Positions 59,270 through 64,000 of a stretch of DNA of 64,000 nt are shown piece after piece; position 1 is the stretch's first letter; each line of letters begins with the position of its first letter. The stretch is taken from NCBI RefSeq assembly GCF_009914755.1, contig NC_060947.1. One strand, written 5' to 3'. This stretch comes from the human T2T-CHM13v2.0 reference genome, Homo sapiens. The notes under the pieces are model-generated. The model was not told where the DNA came from, made no database searches, and saw only the letters and a list, made by a program, of their open reading frames with translations. Made by a program: the position numbers and the translations under genes.

Positions 59270-62169
59270 ACTGAAATTCACAAACACCACCTTTTAGAGA
59301 AAGGAGAGACAGACCAGGACTGGAAGGGTCTGTTTCCTCTAGGTTGCTAGACTGGGTGTCTGAAAAGTATATAAATCAGAGCCATTTCTTAACAGGGTCT
59401 CTTGTTTGCCTTCTCAAATCCATTACATTGCTACGACATGGGCTTTTTTCCTGGATGAGGTCCCATTTGGCCATTTGGGAACATAGGCAACACTGGAGTT
59501 CCCACAAACTCCACACTGAGAATAACCCAGCTTTCTCCGGCCAGTTTATAGGAAGAACTGCCTTCAACCATCCATGTCTGCAGAAAAGACTATACCATTC
59601 AGTCTTCCATTTCCCTGAACCATATATCTTAAGCAGTAAGACTAAAATCCATTTTGACATACACCGATAATAGATTTTCTAATTATCTCAAAAATAATCA
59701 ACTATTCTCCCAGAAAACTATACTTAACACAGTTAGGCAAGATCCTTCCTGTATGATTAAAAGGCAGATGCCCACCCACTAAAAAGGAAAGACTGGAAAT
59801 AAGGAGGGAACTCAAGAGTAGCTAGAATAGCTAAGTCATCATCAATGATGCAAAGAAAAGCACAGCTCACATCTCAATAAAACAGGTCCCCCTTTCCCTG
59901 AGGGGCAGCCTTAACCTGATAGACCTAAACTTAAGTCTCAGCTTTGCCACTTACTACACTCAATGCCTCCATTTCCTATCTCAGAAATGGAAATACGATC
60001 CATCATTCACAGAGTTAGAAAAAGGACTAAACGAGCTGGAAATACGCTGTCCCACACTGATTCCATGTTCACTGAATACAAATCTAAGTCTACAGGGGCA
60101 GAACCACTGCTTTCTAGCTCTTTGAGAGTGGTCTTGGGAGCAATAAAGGAGGAAAACAGCTGATGCCAGGTTGTGTAGGTGAGAAAATGAGTTTGCAAAG
60201 CACAAGTTAGACAACTGGTAAAAGTTTGTGGCTGGTATCCGAGTTCTTTTATAAACTAGTTGGGAAGAACTGTGGGGGAGAGCTGATGTTCCAAACAGTA
60301 GACAAGCAGGAATGGAGCTGCAGAAATGCAAACCTGTTACCACTACCATGGCATGCGAAAAGAGGCTTCATATAAAATGAAAAGCTTGGACCTGAAGGTC
60401 TTTAGGGCCCCTTTCCAGTTCTAAAATTCAAATGGATCTACCCTATATTTTGTCCCCTTAGGTGAAATAGCTCTGTCCTCAAAACTAAATTGCTAAGAAC
60501 CGCCTTCAGAGATGACCTCTCTCTTCCCCACTAATTCCTGGCAGCTCCCCAAAACAAAATGTTCGGAAAACAGAAGTCAACCTTCCTCTGTCAGTCCAAA
60601 TTACCTCTATGCCTCAAGCCAACAACATGAGGTTCAGGCACCCTGATACATACTGCTAAGTGAGATGGGAAGAGAGAGAACTTCAGAATAATTGGCAATG
60701 TTGTTCTAGGGAATCAGTGTAGAGGTAGATCTTCCCCTATTATTTACCTACTTTCCAACTTAAAAAAGAAAAAAATTAGAAAAGATCATTCAAGTTGTTA
60801 AAAAAAAATTTTAAGCAAGACTTAGTAATAGACTCCTTTAAGCATCAACTCTTCTGATTCACTTACACTGTATTTACAGACCCTGGATGCTCTTAAAAGA
60901 GAGACTGAAAGAAAGGAGTAACAAAGAAACTTAAAACCAATGTGTTTAAGCCCTTTTCTATTAAAGAGCAAGTGTAAATGGAAAAAACACATTACTGAAA
61001 TTATAATATATTTCAACTGAAAAATCATACCCCATTAACTGAACAACTTGCCAGGAACATATAATCCCTATGTGTGAAGCAGCAACAGCTCTCACACATA
61101 TTATCTCTTTTAATCCCACAACCACCATGTGAGGTTACACCTACATAAGGTCTAGAATTTCTGGAACATTCTCACCCATATATCATTCTGCTATTTTTCA
61201 AAAAAGGTAACTTGATAAGTATTTAATAAACTGGGATTTCATTTCATATCTCCATGTAAGATGTTTCATTTGAAATAAATTCATAAATCAGAAAAGATCC
61301 TTGGTTACCATGTCTTTGTTTGGAAAACATGGTCAGCGTACATCTCTGGTATCACACAAAGGTCAGAACTTCGACTACTTAACACATATTAACAGGTTAC
61401 AACGGTGTGAAAATCTCACTTAACAGCTGACCACTAGTTAATAGAAATGGCCTCCTATTATATCCTGGGAATAAGAGATAACTAGCATTTAATTGCTTTT
61501 CAAATCATGCCACATAATATGCTTTGGACATAGCAAAATCACACTTTTATGAACTAGATTGGGATTGAGGTCATTTGCCAACCAACACATTTTCTAATAA
61601 AATTTAAGTTGGCATTTGCCCCTAAAAATGCATAGAATAAAAACAAAAGAAAAATTATTTTGTTATACTAATGATGAGATGCTGTGTCACTCCTTTATCC
61701 ACTTATAAATGAATTAGGACATTTAAGATGCAATGAATCATCATATAATGAATGTTCAGAATATGCTTCCAAGGCTCCCTACTGCCTTCAGGATAAAGAC
61801 CAAACTCCTTAGCCAAGCATACAAGACCCATGATCTGACCACCAAATGCTAGGATTAGAAAATTATTTTCTATCAAAAATCTTTACTATGTGGATGACCC
61901 TTCAGCAACTCTTGCCTCAAAGTTCCTTAGCTCTCTCATCTATAATGACCCTCACCTTCACTTACTTCAGGTACCCATTTGCAAAACACATAACAAAGAT
62001 CTAGAGGTGGTAAAGTATACATTTGAACTGCCTGATTTCAAATTTGAGCTCCAACATTTACTTACTCCATGACCCTGGACAAGTCACTTAACTTCTCTGT
62101 ACCTTGGTTTCTTCTTATGTGAAATGAGGTGTAAATGTGCTAATATGTGTAAAATGCTTTAAATAACTT

Positions 62170-63380
62170 TTTTTCAAATATTAATTAACATCCCTATAAA
62201 GGTTTTGTGTGGACATGTTTTCATTTCTTTAGGATAAATGCCCAGGAGTGTAAATGATGGATCCGATAGAAGTGCATGTTTAGTTTTTAAGGAACTCCAA
62301 AACTGTTTTCCAGAGCAGCCGCCCCATTTTATATTCCTACCAGAAATGTGTGAGAGATCCAGTTTTTGTGTACCCTTGTCAGCAGTTGGTATTGCCACTA
62401 TATATTTTTTTAACGTTACCTATTCTAATAGGTGTGTAGAGATCTCTCATCATGGTCTTAATTTGTATTTCCCTAATGGCTAGTGATCTTGAACATCTTT
62501 TCATATACTTAATTGCCACGCATACGTCATGTTCATGTCTTTTGCCCACTTTCTAATTAGATTGAATTTTTGTGCTGTTGAGCTTTGAGAGTTCTTTGTA
62601 TAGTCTAGATATTAATCCTTTGTCAGATACGTGGTTTGCAAATATTTTCTCCAAATCTCGGTAGCTTTTTTTTCCATCTTATTAATAGGGTCATTCACAG
62701 AGCAAAAATTTTTAATTTTGATGAAGTCAATTTATTGATTTTTTTTCTTTAATGGATTATGCTTTTGGTATCATGTCTCCTCAATAAGTCCTAGGCTCTA
62801 ACAGTTTTCTATATTATCTTCTACAAGTTTTAGTTTTATGATTTATATGTAAATGTATGATCCTTTGTGAGCTCATTTTTATATAAAATGAGAGGTTTAG
62901 GTTGAGGTTCACTTTCATTACCTATAGAGCTGCAATTGCTCCAATACAATTCATTGAAATGACTACCCTCTCTCCCTTGAAATGCTTTTGTACCTTCATG
63001 AAAAATAATCAGGCCATACTCTGTAGGGCTATTTGTGGATTCTCTATTCTGTTCTATTTGTTTATGTAAGAAGTAGACAAGAGGACTTATCGGGTTACCT
63101 CTGCCAATTGTACACTGTCTTGACTACTGAAGCAATACAGTAAGCATTAATATTATTAATACCTACCTCCAGTTTATTATTTTTCAAAATTGTATTAGCC
63201 CTTACAGTTCCTTTCCATTTCTACATATATGTTAGTATTATCTTGTCTTTATCTACAAAAGCTCTTGCTGGGATTTTGATATTGATTACCTTAAACTTAT
63301 AATTTTTAAAGAATTGACATCTTTATCATGTTGAGTCTTCCACTCCATGAACACAGTATGTATCTCAATTTATCTAGATT
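62170..63380 (-). mobile_element. Old L1M fragment (ORF2 3' part)
   Basis: Reverse L1 motifs (tttgtgtggacatgttttcatttct, cttgctgggattttgat, gttgagtcttccactccatgaaca). Confidence 0.8.
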
Positions 63381-63399
63381 TTCTTTGACTTCCTTCATA

Positions 63400-64000
63400 T
63401 TCTCCACATTGCAGCCAGAATAAGCCTGTTAAGCCTAAATCAAATCCTGTCACTCCCATGCTCAAAACCCCCCTTCTATCTTACCCAGGCAGAGCAAATC
63501 TAAAATTCTTCCAGTGGATTATAAGACTCCACTACAGGATCTAGTCTGTCCCTCTCCATTATCTCTTCGAGCCCATCTTTTTCTATTTCATCTTTTGCTT
63601 AATCCACTCTAGCTAGTCTGGCCTCCTTGTTGTACCGTGAATATGACAGGCACACTTCTGCCTCTGGGATTTTGCACTTACCATTTCCTCAGCCTAGAAT
63701 CCTTTCTCTCTGGATAGGTGAATGAATCATTCCTCTACTCCCTATCGATCTCTGCTGAAAGGTCATCTTCTCTGTGAGGCCCTCCTCATTTCCTTATTTT
63801 CTCCTTTCCTATCTGTATTTAAAATTGCAAAACCACTTTCCAACCCTTCCTATTTCCCTTCTCTGCTTTTCTCCTTAATGTTCATTACAATCTAAAATAT
63901 TATATACTTTACTTACTTTGAATACTATTTGTTTACTTTTTCTAAATATAAACTCTATGAAGATGATATCTAGAGTTCCTGAAACAGTACCTGGCATAAA
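63400..64000 (+). mobile_element. L2 3' fragment
   Basis: cattgcagccaga...tgtcactcccatgctcaaaacc...cagtacctggcata. Confidence 0.65.

Overview
This is human (primate) genomic DNA, recognised from the translated exons as the 3' part of OPHN1 (oligophrenin-1, X-linked RhoGAP) on the minus strand. Five coding exons (20-24 in the recalled 25-exon model) splice in frame through GT-AG junctions to the C-terminus ...SSQGRLPGDES*. They are followed by a ~4.8 kb non-coding last exon. Intron 20 holds a full processed PGK1 pseudogene (PGK1P1-like) with TSDs. The rest is mostly repeats: an old near-full-length L1M with nested MST LTR and AluJ, an MLT1 LTR, a full-length Tigger1, several L1PA/L1M, Alu, L2, MIR and MER copies, and microsatellites. 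The most notable points are four. (1) A very young L1HS Ta-1 fragment lies antisense inside the predicted OPHN1 3'UTR and has an 18-bp fold-back palindrome at its 5' junction. (2) A human-specific AluYb8 is the only minus-strand Alu seen and creates new inverted-Alu pairs. (3) The PGK1 retrocopy is sense-oriented with an intact poly(A) signal. (4) There is a long AG-free polypyrimidine tract with a cryptic in-frame stop exon. I see no evidence of a wholly new gene system. Most ORF-track entries are repeat-derived or spurious.
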